From Candidatus Omnitrophota bacterium (GTDB lineage: Bacteria > Omnitrophota > Gorgyraeia > Zapsychrales > Fredricksoniimonadaceae), in contig CAILQW010000004.1 in NCBI GenBank assembly GCA_903836515.1, positions 5,036 to 69,035 on the forward strand: a DNA stretch of 64,000 bases, in the 5' to 3' direction. The notes beneath the pieces were generated by a model. That model searched no databases, was not told the DNA's origin, and saw only the letters and a list, made by a program, of their open reading frames with translations. A program made the position numbers and the translations under genes. Positions 38,968-49,969 of this stretch are shown one piece after another. Each line of letters starts with the position of its first letter. Within the stretch, counting starts at the first letter, position 1.

Positions 38968-39491
38968 CGTGTTTCCTCCACAAACACCCTGGCCAGGGCC
39001 ATCACACGACGCATATCATCCTCCGCGGGGATGGAACGGGCGAACTTGACCATGTCACTCCCGTTAAGAAAATCCCGCAGGAAACCCTGCTGGGCCACTG
39101 TCAATTTTTCCGAAAGACGGATCGCATCCATGAATTCTTCGGTCGTCATTTCCGGGGCACGGACATCAAAACGATCCTCGATGTACCTGCGGACGATCCC
39201 GGAAAGCGCCGAATAATATTCCTTCACGCGCCCCTGGCCGATGCACCCGGAATGTTCCAGCTGTGCCATGGCTTCCAGGGCCGCTTCCCAAGCCGGTGGC
39301 ACCGGCGCCGCGGGCTCCGCCGTTTTGGCACGTTGAAAGAAACGGCGTGCCCCCCAACAGAGCCCCGCCAGAACCAAGAGACCCAGGAGTATCCACAACC
39401 AAAGCCATTCCCCCGGAACAGCCACCGGCCCCCGGATGTCATGCAATCCGGCCGCACTGCCAGGCGGCACAGGAGTGGACGGCATACTCAT
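38964..39491 (-). CDS. DUF4381-like small membrane protein of Bat/MoxR operon
   Basis: 175 aa, one TM (WLWLWILLGLLVLAGL), fixed position between DUF58 and batA. Confidence 0.5.
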   Translation of the reverse strand: MSMPSTPVPPGSAAGLHDIRGPVAVPGEWLWLWILLGLLVLAGLCWGARRFFQRAKTAEPAAPVPPAWEAALEAMAQLEHSGCIGQGRVKEYYSALSGIVRRYIEDRFDVRAPEMTTEEFMDAIRLSEKLTVAQQGFLRDFLNGSDMVKFARSIPAEDDMRRVMALARVFVEETR

Positions 39492-40396
39492 CTCATCCTC
39501 TTGCGCCGCCGGGCAAAAAAACGCACCAGGCTGTCGGCATAAGGCACATCGGTCGATATATCAATATGATCCACTTCCATGGACCGAAAAAGCCTGTCCC
39601 GGACGGCCAGGCGCTCCTGCGCCGCGCGGGCGTACGCGTCGCGCACACCGGGATCGCGGGTATCCACGCAGACACACGCCCCTGTCTCGGCGTCCTGAAG
39701 TTCAAGGAGGCCGCACGGCGTGAGGCGCTGCTCGCGGGGATCGTTCAAGGTCACGGCAATGATGTCATGGCGGCGGTTGGCAATGGCCATGGCTTGGGCA
39801 AAACGGCTGCCGCCCGCAGGCTCCAGAAAATCCGAGATAACAAAACACACGGCCCTGCGGGTCGTGACCTTGGTCATGAATTCGAGCGCCGCAGCGATAT
39901 CCGTACCCCTTCCGGCAGACGCAAAACACAAAACCTCGCGGATGAGGCGCAGAACATGGCTGCGGCCCTTGCGGGGCGGGATGAACTTTTCCACGGTGTC
40001 AGTGAATATCTGCAGGCCGATCTTGTCATTGTTACGGATGGCGGCAAAAGAAAGGACGGCCGCGATCTCGGCGGCCAGGCGGCTTTTAAGCTCATGCACC
40101 GTGGAAAACCGGCAAGACGGCGACGCGTCGACCAGCACCATGACCGTCATTTCCCGTTCCTCGACAAACTTCTTCACATGCGGCACGCCTGTGCGGGCGG
40201 TCACGTTCCAGTCGATGCTGCGGATGTCATCCCCCGGCTGGTACTCCCGTACCTCGTCGAATTCCATCCCGCGGCCCTTGAACACACTGTGATACTGGCC
40301 GGCAAAAACGTCGGTGACAAGGCGGTTGGTGGTGATCTCGATGCGGCGGACTTTGTCGAGGATGTCTTTGGGGATCATAACGGGACCCGGGGTCAA
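39488..40396 (-). CDS. DUF58 family protein (vWA-like, MoxR partner)
   Basis: 302 aa, typical MoxR-adjacent DUF58 (YQPGDDIRSIDWNVTAR). Confidence 0.8.
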   Translation of the reverse strand: MTPGPVMIPKDILDKVRRIEITTNRLVTDVFAGQYHSVFKGRGMEFDEVREYQPGDDIRSIDWNVTARTGVPHVKKFVEEREMTVMVLVDASPSCRFSTVHELKSRLAAEIAAVLSFAAIRNNDKIGLQIFTDTVEKFIPPRKGRSHVLRLIREVLCFASAGRGTDIAAALEFMTKVTTRRAVCFVISDFLEPAGGSRFAQAMAIANRRHDIIAVTLNDPREQRLTPCGLLELQDAETGACVCVDTRDPGVRDAYARAAQERLAVRDRLFRSMEVDHIDISTDVPYADSLVRFFARRRKRMR

Positions 40397-40399
40397 CCC

Positions 40400-41395
<996 letters not shown>

Positions 41396-41404
41396 AAACC
41401 CCTC

Positions 41405-42589
41405 CTAGATATTGCCTTGTTCATACAGTTCGACGATCGCGGCCACCGCCGCGGGATGGTACCATACACCGGCATAACGCTTGATCTCGGCGATCGCGTA
41501 TTCCTTGGACAGGCCGGCGCGGTAAGGCCGGTCCGTGGTCATGGCATCAAAGGTGTCCGCCACGGCGATGATCGCCGAGATCATCGGGATCGCATCGCCT
41601 TTAAGGGCATTGGGATAGCCTGACCCGTCAAATTTCTCGTGATGATGCTTCACGCCCTCGATGCAGCCTTCAAAATCCTTAAGCGCCACGAGGATGTCCG
41701 CCCCCCGCGCGGAATGGGTCTTCATCACGGCATATTCCTCCGGCGTCAGGGGGCCTTTCTTGACGAGGATCGACTCCGGGATGCCTATCTTGCCGATATC
41801 ATGCAGGAGGCTGGCGATATAAAGATTCTCAAAGAATTTCTCGGCCACATTAAAAGCGCCTTGCTGCGCCATCGAGCGCGCGATCGCCTGCGCGCATTTG
41901 GTCACGCGTTCCGTATGGCCGTGCGTATAGGAATCCTTGGCCTCAATGGCCGATCCCAACGCGATCGTCGTCTGGATAAAAAGGTTACGGCTGCGGTCCG
42001 CTTCCTGTTTGAGACCTTCAAAGAGCTGGGCATTGCGGATGGCCATCGCCACGTCAGAAGCCAGCGCGGAAAAGAAATCAAGTTCGTCCTGCTCCAGCCG
42101 GGCCCCGTCATGTTTGGCCCCCAGCAAAAGGACCGCCAAAAGCTGGTGGCGGTAAAACGCCGGGACACAGGCCACGCTGTTGAGCATCGGCATCTGTTCA
42201 CTCACCTGACGGAGGATCTCGCGCGAACCATTGGCCGAACCCAGGACCGTCTCGTGCCAGATGAGGCGGTTGATGTCGTCAAAGACCAGCGCGTTGCGGC
42301 TGTCGATGAGGTACTTGTATTCTTTCTGGTGAAAAATGCGGATGATCGGATGCGTATGGTCAAAACGCAGGAAGCGTTCCGGGATACGGTCCCCGGACCC
42401 GCCGCGGGAAATGGCCAGGACATACGAATCACGCGCGGACTCATAGAGGATCATCCCGGCGTGGCGGAGCCTGGCCTTGCGCACGATCATGCGCACCAGG
42501 AGCTTGGTCAGAAGGACATGGTCATGGATCATGATCATGCCCTTGCTGGCGGTCTCAAGTTCTTTCTTGTAATCGATCTGTGTCATCAT
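41405..42589 (-). CDS. GAF domain + HD-GYP c-di-GMP phosphodiesterase
   Basis: HDIGKIGIP and GSGYP motifs, N-terminal GAF-like region. Confidence 0.8.
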   Translation of the reverse strand: MMTQIDYKKELETASKGMIMIHDHVLLTKLLVRMIVRKARLRHAGMILYESARDSYVLAISRGGSGDRIPERFLRFDHTHPIIRIFHQKEYKYLIDSRNALVFDDINRLIWHETVLGSANGSREILRQVSEQMPMLNSVACVPAFYRHQLLAVLLLGAKHDGARLEQDELDFFSALASDVAMAIRNAQLFEGLKQEADRSRNLFIQTTIALGSAIEAKDSYTHGHTERVTKCAQAIARSMAQQGAFNVAEKFFENLYIASLLHDIGKIGIPESILVKKGPLTPEEYAVMKTHSARGADILVALKDFEGCIEGVKHHHEKFDGSGYPNALKGDAIPMISAIIAVADTFDAMTTDRPYRAGLSKEYAIAEIKRYAGVWYHPAAVAAIVELYEQGNI

Positions 42590-42951
42590 GATTGAAGAGA
42601 AAACTCGCGCAGCACGACCTTCTCAAGCTCCTCAAGGATAAGGGGCTTGTGAATAAAGCCCAGCGCTCCCAGCGCGATGGTTTCCTGCACGACCTGTTCG
42701 TCCTCTATGCCCGACACCATGATCACCTTGACGGGATTCTCCAGCCGGCGGAGTTCCCGCAGGACATCAAGACCGGACATGTCTCCCATGCGGATATCCA
42801 AAAGAACCAGGTCCGGGCATTCCCCTGTAATCATGCCCATGGCTTCGGGGCCATTGGCGGCAATAAAAACATCCAGGCCCCGCTTGCGAAAGAAATTCCG
42901 CGCGAATTCCCGGACATCGAGTTCGTCATCCACGATCAATAATTTTGGCAT
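42586..42951 (-). CDS. response regulator receiver domain protein
   Basis: LLIVDDELDVREF, LVLLDIRMGDMSG, 4-nt overlap with HD-GYP gene. Confidence 0.8.
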   Translation of the reverse strand: MPKLLIVDDELDVREFARNFFRKRGLDVFIAANGPEAMGMITGECPDLVLLDIRMGDMSGLDVLRELRRLENPVKVIMVSGIEDEQVVQETIALGALGFIHKPLILEELEKVVLREFSLQS

Positions 42952-42954
42952 AAA

Positions 42955-43106
42955 TCCAGATTTTGAAGTAGCACCATTTTATCGACGAATCCATACGCAC
43001 AAAATGGTGCGGATGCAAAATCGTCGGCTTCCATATCTTTTATCGTCCGGAAAAGCCGGGCTTATCCCGCGTTCCTCTGTTCCTGTGGCAACATGCGGGA
43101 TAAACG
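42955..43106. repeat. copy 1 of a ~150-nt conserved multi-hairpin intergenic element (candidate structured RNA / regulatory repeat)
   Basis: ~88% identical to 56447-56602; nested stems gattttg/caaaatc, gcaccatttt/aaaatggtgc, cggctt/aagccg, ttatcccgc/gcgggataa. Confidence 0.7.
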
Positions 43107-43171
43107 TATTATATTACAAATCGTTTATTTTCAATGGTCTTTATAATAATTCATTGCCTGCAGGAAGGATA

Positions 43172-45325
43172 TTATTCTTTGTTCGCCGCCAGATGAAGGA
43201 TCATATGGGTCCCCTGGCCGTAGACTGAATTCATTTCAACCTTGCCGCCGTGATTGTCCTCGATGATCTTGCGGATCACATACAACCCCAGGCCGGTCCC
43301 TTTCTTGCTTGTCGCCTTGGTTGTGAAAAAAGGCGTAAAAAGCTTGCCGCTGTCCATGGGCTTGACCCCGATGCCGTTATCGCTGAAAATAATTTCCAGC
43401 AGGCCGTCGGCCTCTTTTACACTTACGGTCAACAGCCCGGCATAACCCTCTTCTTTCATCTCGGCCTTCCGCTGGACGGTCGCATCATAGGCATTATCGA
43501 TCAAATTGAAGAAGACCTCCTGCAGCTGCGTGAAATTCCCGCGCACGCAAGGGATCGCGGCAGGATCGAACGCCTTCACGAGCCTGAACTCGGGGGAACG
43601 GATCTTGAACTGCGCCATCTCATAAGCGCTGCGGATGATCTCGTCGATGTTGTGCCCTGCGAAACCTTCTTCGCCCTTGCGCGTATAGCGCATCAACCCC
43701 TGAACAATCTCTCCCCCGCGCGTGACATTCTCCTGAATGCGCGACAAGGAATATTCAAACTCATCGGCAAAGGTCCTCAGGTCGTCTGTCACAAATGAAA
43801 GCCGGCGCAGCTTGAGCGTATCCATCATGTCGCTGGCGATGAAGCCCATGGCATGAAGGCGGTTATTGATCTGATGGGAAAGCCCGTCGGCCATGGTGCC
43901 GATAGTCGCCATTTTTTCCGCCCTGAAAAGCTGTTCCTGCGTTTTTTTCATGTCCTCGTACGACTGGGCATTCTCGATGGCCAGCGATGTCTGGTTGGAC
44001 AGGATGGAGAAAACATTGAGGTCATCTTCCGTATAATTGCGGCCGTTCGATTTTTTCCCCATCACCACAATGGCAATAATATTCATGCGAATGAAGACCG
44101 GGAAGACCACCTCGGCGCCCATGTCTTCCATCGCGGCGTCAATGGCCGCGAACCCCGCATCCTTCTCCTGCCGCGCCCGCTGGGTCACCTCATCACGCAC
44201 AAGCGGCAGCGACACGGTCGACAAGTATTGCACCACAGGGCAAAGCGGCTCCAGCTGTGGTTTCAACGTACCTCCCTGCCGCATCCGCCGTGAGGCCGCC
44301 AGGTGAAAAATCCCTGTATCGCGGTCAATGAAATAAATCATGGCATGATCCAGGCGCACCACGCGTGCCAGGATAAAAACAATCAGATTAAGGAGCCGCT
44401 TCAAATCGCGGATGCGCCCCATCCCGGCGGAAGCCTGGCGGAGGGTGGCCTGATACCGGCGCTGTTCCTGCAAAAGCCGTTCCTCGATCCTTTTCTGAAG
44501 ATACAGGTAAACAAACGGGCCTACCGTCGCCAGTGCAGCCATGGTCGTCACCGGCAGAAGCCACCTGTCCGGATATCTGAACCCGATGATAAAAGGAATC
44601 CCCAAAACCAGCGTATAGACGCTCAGGAATATGCCCAGTTTGGTGAAGGCCACGGACATATCCAGGAGGCGGAACTTGACAATAGCATACGCCATCAGCA
44701 GGCTGTAGGCCGCCACCAAAATGTCGTGGGGAAATATTTCGGGGATGCCGTAAGAGGCCAGGAAATGGATCAACCCGCTGACAAACGCCATGGCAAAGGC
44801 CACGCCAATGTAAAGAAGCTGATTCCGGCGGGCTTCCTTGGCCGATACAAACCGCTCCCATAACTTGATGGAGGCAAAAAGATACATGAAAGCAAAAAAA
44901 GCGATGAAAAACGGATAGCTCTCGCCCGGAACAATCCCGTAACCGTAATCATTGGGCCTGATATCACGGATGAAAAACGGTGTCAGGCTTATCGACAGAA
45001 ATATCATGGACACAAAGAATGAGCCTACCAGGATGGCCTGTGTCACCCGATGCCGTCCCAGCTCAAGGAGCTGGGACATGAAAATAAAGAAGCCTGTGGG
45101 GACAAAGATCGCTGAAACATAAATGCCGCGAAGGATGACAAGAAGAACATCTTTTCCCAACGGAAGGGATGAAACAAACGGCGACATGCTCCAGACCGCG
45201 ATGAGCATGGTCACGCAGGCGAAGGAACGGCGTATGGCTGAAAAACCGGCCCGGAAGATGATGAACACCGCCAACAGCAGGCAGATGCCGGACGCCAGGA
45301 TTGATACCAGCGCATGGTATTTCAT
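43172..45325 (-). CDS. sensor histidine kinase with N-terminal 7TM sensor region and GAF domain
   Basis: ~7 TM helices, GAF, HisKA (GLSHQINNRLH), HATPase_c (GTGLGLYVIRKII); start taken at MKYHALV. Confidence 0.8.
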   Translation of the reverse strand: MKYHALVSILASGICLLLAVFIIFRAGFSAIRRSFACVTMLIAVWSMSPFVSSLPLGKDVLLVILRGIYVSAIFVPTGFFIFMSQLLELGRHRVTQAILVGSFFVSMIFLSISLTPFFIRDIRPNDYGYGIVPGESYPFFIAFFAFMYLFASIKLWERFVSAKEARRNQLLYIGVAFAMAFVSGLIHFLASYGIPEIFPHDILVAAYSLLMAYAIVKFRLLDMSVAFTKLGIFLSVYTLVLGIPFIIGFRYPDRWLLPVTTMAALATVGPFVYLYLQKRIEERLLQEQRRYQATLRQASAGMGRIRDLKRLLNLIVFILARVVRLDHAMIYFIDRDTGIFHLAASRRMRQGGTLKPQLEPLCPVVQYLSTVSLPLVRDEVTQRARQEKDAGFAAIDAAMEDMGAEVVFPVFIRMNIIAIVVMGKKSNGRNYTEDDLNVFSILSNQTSLAIENAQSYEDMKKTQEQLFRAEKMATIGTMADGLSHQINNRLHAMGFIASDMMDTLKLRRLSFVTDDLRTFADEFEYSLSRIQENVTRGGEIVQGLMRYTRKGEEGFAGHNIDEIIRSAYEMAQFKIRSPEFRLVKAFDPAAIPCVRGNFTQLQEVFFNLIDNAYDATVQRKAEMKEEGYAGLLTVSVKEADGLLEIIFSDNGIGVKPMDSGKLFTPFFTTKATSKKGTGLGLYVIRKIIEDNHGGKVEMNSVYGQGTHMILHLAANKE

Positions 45326-46524
45326 GAGGGGATCAGACCAAAGAATTTCTTCTTGGCGTAAGCCATCAGCAGCCCGAAATTGGCCTTGTCGATGGGCGGG
45401 CAAACAATACCGGCGCGCGCCATGGCGGACGCGTAATTCGATGTGTCAAAGAGCATCGGCAGACCGGCCACGTAAGGGTTGAAGATGCGGCCCATGGTGC
45501 GGTAATAAAAATTTTCACGGGCATTTTTCTTGACGGGCACACGATCCACATGGTGCACGCCGGTGATATTCAAATGACGGAGCATCTCATCAAGATAAAA
45601 CTGATGCGGCGTTTCCGCGGGGCTGGTCAGATTAAAACCGTTCCCCGGACAATCCTGGGTGCATATCTGATAAACGGCCTTGGCCACATAATCGACAGGC
45701 ACAATATTCAGCCCGGCCAGGGGATTGGAAAACACGCGGGCATCGACATCGAAGGGTATCTCAAAAATACGCTCCCGGTCAGTCACCTCTTTCATCTTGA
45801 GGGCTAGAAAAAAAGCGCCCCAGCTGTAAAAGACATCGAATTTGTTGATGGTCCCCAGGGGCGGTTCGATCAGCCTCCCGCACACCGATGAAGGACGGAA
45901 TATTCTGATGCGGCGTCCGGTCTTGAGGGAAAAATCCCTCACCATCTTTTCGGATTTCAGTTTCGCCAGTTCGTAAGGATTACGAAATTCACGTTTGAAA
46001 TCCGTATCATCCGGACCTATGTTCCCGCTGGCTATCCCGCAGGCATACGCCGTGCTGACATAACAAAATTCGCGGACATCCATCCCCTCAACCAGGCCAA
46101 GAAGCTTGCCGGTCCCGTCGCTGTTTACACGCTTGACGTACGCCTGGACCGCATCCGAATCGCGCAGGTCCGTGGACGCCGCGCTGTGAAAGAAATGGTC
46201 TATCCGATGGGCCCTCAATAACGCGAGGTCACGGGCGCCGATGCCTATCCCGTCAAAATAAAGATCCATCTCAATGAAATGGACCCTCTGCGCGGCAAAA
46301 TCCTCCAGCTCCCTGGCACCGTGCGCGATCCCGCAATAATCGGCGCCGTCCACCAACAGATCGGCCATGACGCGCGCACGAAAACTGACCCCGCCCTGTT
46401 CGCGGCCCAGCAAAAAAACGTGAAGCCTTCCCAGATCGGCCATATTTTGACGGATATACTCGTAAAAAATATTCCGGCCGATTAACCCCGTGACTCCGGT
46501 AACAGCAATGCGTATGTCTTTCAT
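45322..46524 (-). CDS. SDR-family NAD-binding protein, thioester-reductase / NAD_binding_4-like
   Basis: IAVTGVTGLIGRNI Rossmann, 400 aa, YxxxK-like region. Confidence 0.55.
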   Translation of the reverse strand: MKDIRIAVTGVTGLIGRNIFYEYIRQNMADLGRLHVFLLGREQGGVSFRARVMADLLVDGADYCGIAHGARELEDFAAQRVHFIEMDLYFDGIGIGARDLALLRAHRIDHFFHSAASTDLRDSDAVQAYVKRVNSDGTGKLLGLVEGMDVREFCYVSTAYACGIASGNIGPDDTDFKREFRNPYELAKLKSEKMVRDFSLKTGRRIRIFRPSSVCGRLIEPPLGTINKFDVFYSWGAFFLALKMKEVTDRERIFEIPFDVDARVFSNPLAGLNIVPVDYVAKAVYQICTQDCPGNGFNLTSPAETPHQFYLDEMLRHLNITGVHHVDRVPVKKNARENFYYRTMGRIFNPYVAGLPMLFDTSNYASAMARAGIVCPPIDKANFGLLMAYAKKKFFGLIPS

Positions 46525-46555
46525 GGTGCTCTTTTTCTTGCGCCGCAGCGCGGGT

Positions 46556-47875
46556 CTAAAAATGGTATGTCAGCGTCGCATACAGCAGGTTGATCCACTG
46601 ACGGTATGTCCCGCTGATGGTCCCGGAAGCGACGGCATTGTCGATCTCCCGGGTCTTGTAGTACATCGCGGACCAGGCCAGGTCTATGGTCAGGTCCTTA
46701 CGGATATCGTAACCGACACCCGCCGTGACGCCGTGGGAATCCGCGTCAGGAAGATTGGCTTCCCATGTATTCCCCGGGACCGGGCTTTGATGATAAAAAT
46801 ACCCCGTCCTCAGGCGCAGGCTGTCTGTCAGCGCATACCTGGCCCCAACCGCCGCAGAAATGACGCTGGCCCAGTCACGGGCAATAGGATTGCCGTTATT
46901 AAGGACGGCCCCCCTCATCCCCGCCAGAGGCCCCGAGGGGATCTCCACGAGCCCCGGATACGCCAACTCTTCCTCATTGACCACCGACCAGTTCATCCAC
47001 TCCAGATCAGCGTCCAATGTCCAACGGGATGTCGGCTTGAAAGAATACCCCAGCACCACACTGTCAGGCAGTGTCGATTTCGACACGACATCCGTTTCAT
47101 AGGAAGAACCGCCGAAAATGGTCTGGTAAGGATGCGTGGGATCGGCATCATTGAGGTTGTCGAGATGGACCTTGCCGTGATACTTGTGCTCGATGCGGCT
47201 GCGGTACATCAGACCGAACTGATGTTGATCGTTCACTTTGAACAATCCGGCCAGGCGAAACCCTGCGGCGGTATTCGATCCTTTCAGGCGGAAATTTGCA
47301 TCATCTACCCCCGGGTTGGCCTGGAGTATCTTTTTCTGCTTGTCCACGGACGATGAGTCCACGTCGAGCCCAAGCCCCAGCGACCACTGATCATTGAGCT
47401 TGTAGGCTGTGGTCAAAAGATAATCCTGGTTCTGCAGGACACTGCGGGTGGCGTTGTAACGTGCGAAACTGTCCTGATTCCAGTAGGTCGTCAACCCCCA
47501 TGAAGAGATCGCACCGACACCAAAAGCCATGTTCTTGATGCCGAAATCCGACACATAATATCCGCTGGGGATCAAAAAACTTCCCTGGCGCATCTGTGTT
47601 TCATCGCCCGAGAACGATTTGTAATCCACCTTGGGCTGGATCAAGGACGCCCCGACAGAAATCGCCTGTCCGGATATCTGGGTCAAGCCCGCCGGGTTAA
47701 AATAGACCGCGGCTGGCGTATTCGCCTCACCGACAAACGCCGACCCCTGTCCCGCAACCCCCGCATCCGCAACCTCCAGGCGGTAGGCACCCGAACCGGA
47801 AGCGAAAACCCGCGGGCAGATACACAAAACCGCTAACAGGCCCAGGAGCAGTGAGGTCTTGAATGTTTTATGCAT
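46556..47875 (-). CDS. FadL/TodX-family outer membrane transport protein
   Basis: Signal peptide MHKTFKTSLLLGLLAVLC, beta-strand rich, terminal ...LTYHF. Confidence 0.65.
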   Translation of the reverse strand: MHKTFKTSLLLGLLAVLCICPRVFASGSGAYRLEVADAGVAGQGSAFVGEANTPAAVYFNPAGLTQISGQAISVGASLIQPKVDYKSFSGDETQMRQGSFLIPSGYYVSDFGIKNMAFGVGAISSWGLTTYWNQDSFARYNATRSVLQNQDYLLTTAYKLNDQWSLGLGLDVDSSSVDKQKKILQANPGVDDANFRLKGSNTAAGFRLAGLFKVNDQHQFGLMYRSRIEHKYHGKVHLDNLNDADPTHPYQTIFGGSSYETDVVSKSTLPDSVVLGYSFKPTSRWTLDADLEWMNWSVVNEEELAYPGLVEIPSGPLAGMRGAVLNNGNPIARDWASVISAAVGARYALTDSLRLRTGYFYHQSPVPGNTWEANLPDADSHGVTAGVGYDIRKDLTIDLAWSAMYYKTREIDNAVASGTISGTYRQWINLLYATLTYHF

Positions 47876-48002
47876 TATGTCTCCGTTCTTGATTGGAATT
47901 CTCAATTTTGCTTCATATCTATTTCTCAATTATATAAATATTACCTGCGAAAAACAGCATTTTCGAAAAAATTTTTGATGTATTATGAAAAAAGGCCCCG
48001 GA

Positions 48003-48045
48003 TATTTTACCGCAGCCTTTACATGCAGGACGCTGCGGGCTTCCC
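48003..48045 (-). terminator. possible intrinsic terminator downstream of fabD
   Basis: cccgcagc...gctgcgg hairpin with U-run ~15 nt downstream on minus strand (not adjacent; weak). Confidence 0.3.
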
Positions 48046-48051
48046 TATGGA

Positions 48052-48975
48052 TCAGAAAGGAAGGGCCTGCACATCTTCAAACATCTGGATATTGGATACA
48101 TTAAGCAAAGGATTTATCTTGCGGACAAGCCCCTTGAGCACACGCCCCGGCCCGATCTCCACAAAATCCGTGATGCCCTGCGACGCCATGAACGTCACGC
48201 TGTCCACCCACTGCACCGACGAGTAGATCTGTCTGGGAAGATTGCTGCGGATCTCTTCAGACGAAAGCCCGGGACGGGCGTTCACATTGCTCACGACCTT
48301 GATATCCGTCACCTGAAGCGGCGCATGAACAAGCTCCCGGGCAAACCTGTCCGCCGCAGGACGCATGAGCGATGAATGAAACGCGCCGCTCACGTCCAGG
48401 GGGATCACTTTCTTGCCGCCGGCTTCCGCGATCATCCGGGAGGCCTCCTCGACTGTCGAAGAAGTTCCCGTGATCACAATCTGGTCGGGCGCATTGAAAT
48501 TGGCGATCTCACACCCCGCCGCCGCGCAGATCGCGGCCAGATTATCCTTGTCAAAACCGATCACAGCCGCCATTTTGCCCGGACGCGCCTTTGCCGCTTC
48601 TTCCATCAACGCCCCGCGTTTCTGGATCAGCTTCAGGGTGTCTTCAAACGAAAGCGTACCGGCCGCACACATGGCCCCGTACTCTCCAAGGCTCAGACCT
48701 GCCGTATAGGCCACGGTAACACCCGCATATTTATCGCTCGCCCGGAAAGCGGCCAAGGCCGCCATGCTCATCGTAAAGATCGCAGGCTGGCAATAGGCCG
48801 TTGACATCAATGTCTCTTGGGGGCCTTCAAAAACGACCTTCATCAGATCGTCGCCCAGGACCCTGTTGGCCTGTTCAAAGACCGCTTTGGCCTCGGGGCA
48901 ATGATCATAAAGATCACGTCCCATGCCGACTTTTTGCGCACCCTGCCCGGGGAATATCAATGCGATTTTTTTCAT
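48052..48975 (-). CDS. fabD: malonyl CoA-ACP transacylase
   Basis: FPGQGAQ, GLSLGEY active-site Ser motif. Confidence 0.9.
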   Translation of the reverse strand: MKKIALIFPGQGAQKVGMGRDLYDHCPEAKAVFEQANRVLGDDLMKVVFEGPQETLMSTAYCQPAIFTMSMAALAAFRASDKYAGVTVAYTAGLSLGEYGAMCAAGTLSFEDTLKLIQKRGALMEEAAKARPGKMAAVIGFDKDNLAAICAAAGCEIANFNAPDQIVITGTSSTVEEASRMIAEAGGKKVIPLDVSGAFHSSLMRPAADRFARELVHAPLQVTDIKVVSNVNARPGLSSEEIRSNLPRQIYSSVQWVDSVTFMASQGITDFVEIGPGRVLKGLVRKINPLLNVSNIQMFEDVQALPF

Positions 48976-48976
48976 G

Positions 48977-49960
48977 TCAGTAGGACCACTCCACAATGCT
49001 GGCGGCAGTCACAAGCCCGGCCCCGAAAACAGTCAGGGCGATCTTGTCGCCTTTTTTGATACGCCCCGCCTCGACCGCCTCGCCCAGGGCCACAACCACC
49101 GAAGCCGCGGAAATGTTGCCGTATTTGTCAATATTGATGAAGAACCGCTCCTTGGCAATACCAGCCCTCTTGGCCACACTGGCAATGATGCGGTCATTGG
49201 CCTGGTGCGGGACAACGCAAGCGATATCATCAACGGTCAACCCTGCCCTGGCGGCCGCGATCCCCACCGCTTCCGCCATGCCAGGCACCGCATGCTTGAA
49301 AAGTTCCTGGCCGTTCATGGTCACATAAGGGAGTTTGGCCGCATCCATGTCCTTGTCGTCAGGCGTGCGTGCCCCGCCGGGGACAACGACCATGAGCGGA
49401 GCCCCGGCGCCGTCGGACACAAGATAGTCCGACAGGATCCCCCCCTGCGCCACGGGAGCCAGGATCGCGGCCCCGGCGCCGTCGCCGAAAAGCACACAGG
49501 TGTTGCGGTCCTGCCAGTCGATGATCGACGTAAAACGGTCCGCGGCAATGACCAGGGCGTTTTTCACCATGCCGGTGGCAATGAACTGCCGGGCTGTTGT
49601 CATGGCATATAAAAATCCGGAACAGGCCGCGCTGATATCGTAGGCAAAAGCTTTTGGCGCGCCGATGGCTTTCTGGACAAGACAAGCCACCGATGGAAAG
49701 GCGCTGTCAGGGGTGACGGTGGCCACAAAGATGGCCTCGATGTCCTCTGCTTTAACGGGAGAACCTTTCAGCGCATCGCGCGCGGCGGCCACAGCCAGGT
49801 CGCTGGTCAGCTCGCCCGGCGCCGCGATGCGGCGTTCCCGGATGCCGGTGCGCGAAACGATCCAATCGTCGGATGTTTCCACGAGCGACTCAAGGTCTGC
49901 GTTCGTCAGTTTCCTGGATGGAAGATAACGCCCCAGGGCCACAATGCCGACTCGACTCAT
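48977..49960 (-). CDS. fabH: 3-oxoacyl-ACP synthase III
   Basis: AACSGF active Cys, HQAN, GNISAAS motifs. Confidence 0.9.
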   Translation of the reverse strand: MSRVGIVALGRYLPSRKLTNADLESLVETSDDWIVSRTGIRERRIAAPGELTSDLAVAAARDALKGSPVKAEDIEAIFVATVTPDSAFPSVACLVQKAIGAPKAFAYDISAACSGFLYAMTTARQFIATGMVKNALVIAADRFTSIIDWQDRNTCVLFGDGAGAAILAPVAQGGILSDYLVSDGAGAPLMVVVPGGARTPDDKDMDAAKLPYVTMNGQELFKHAVPGMAEAVGIAAARAGLTVDDIACVVPHQANDRIIASVAKRAGIAKERFFINIDKYGNISAASVVVALGEAVEAGRIKKGDKIALTVFGAGLVTAASIVEWSY

Positions 49961-49969
49961 ATGTCTCCT

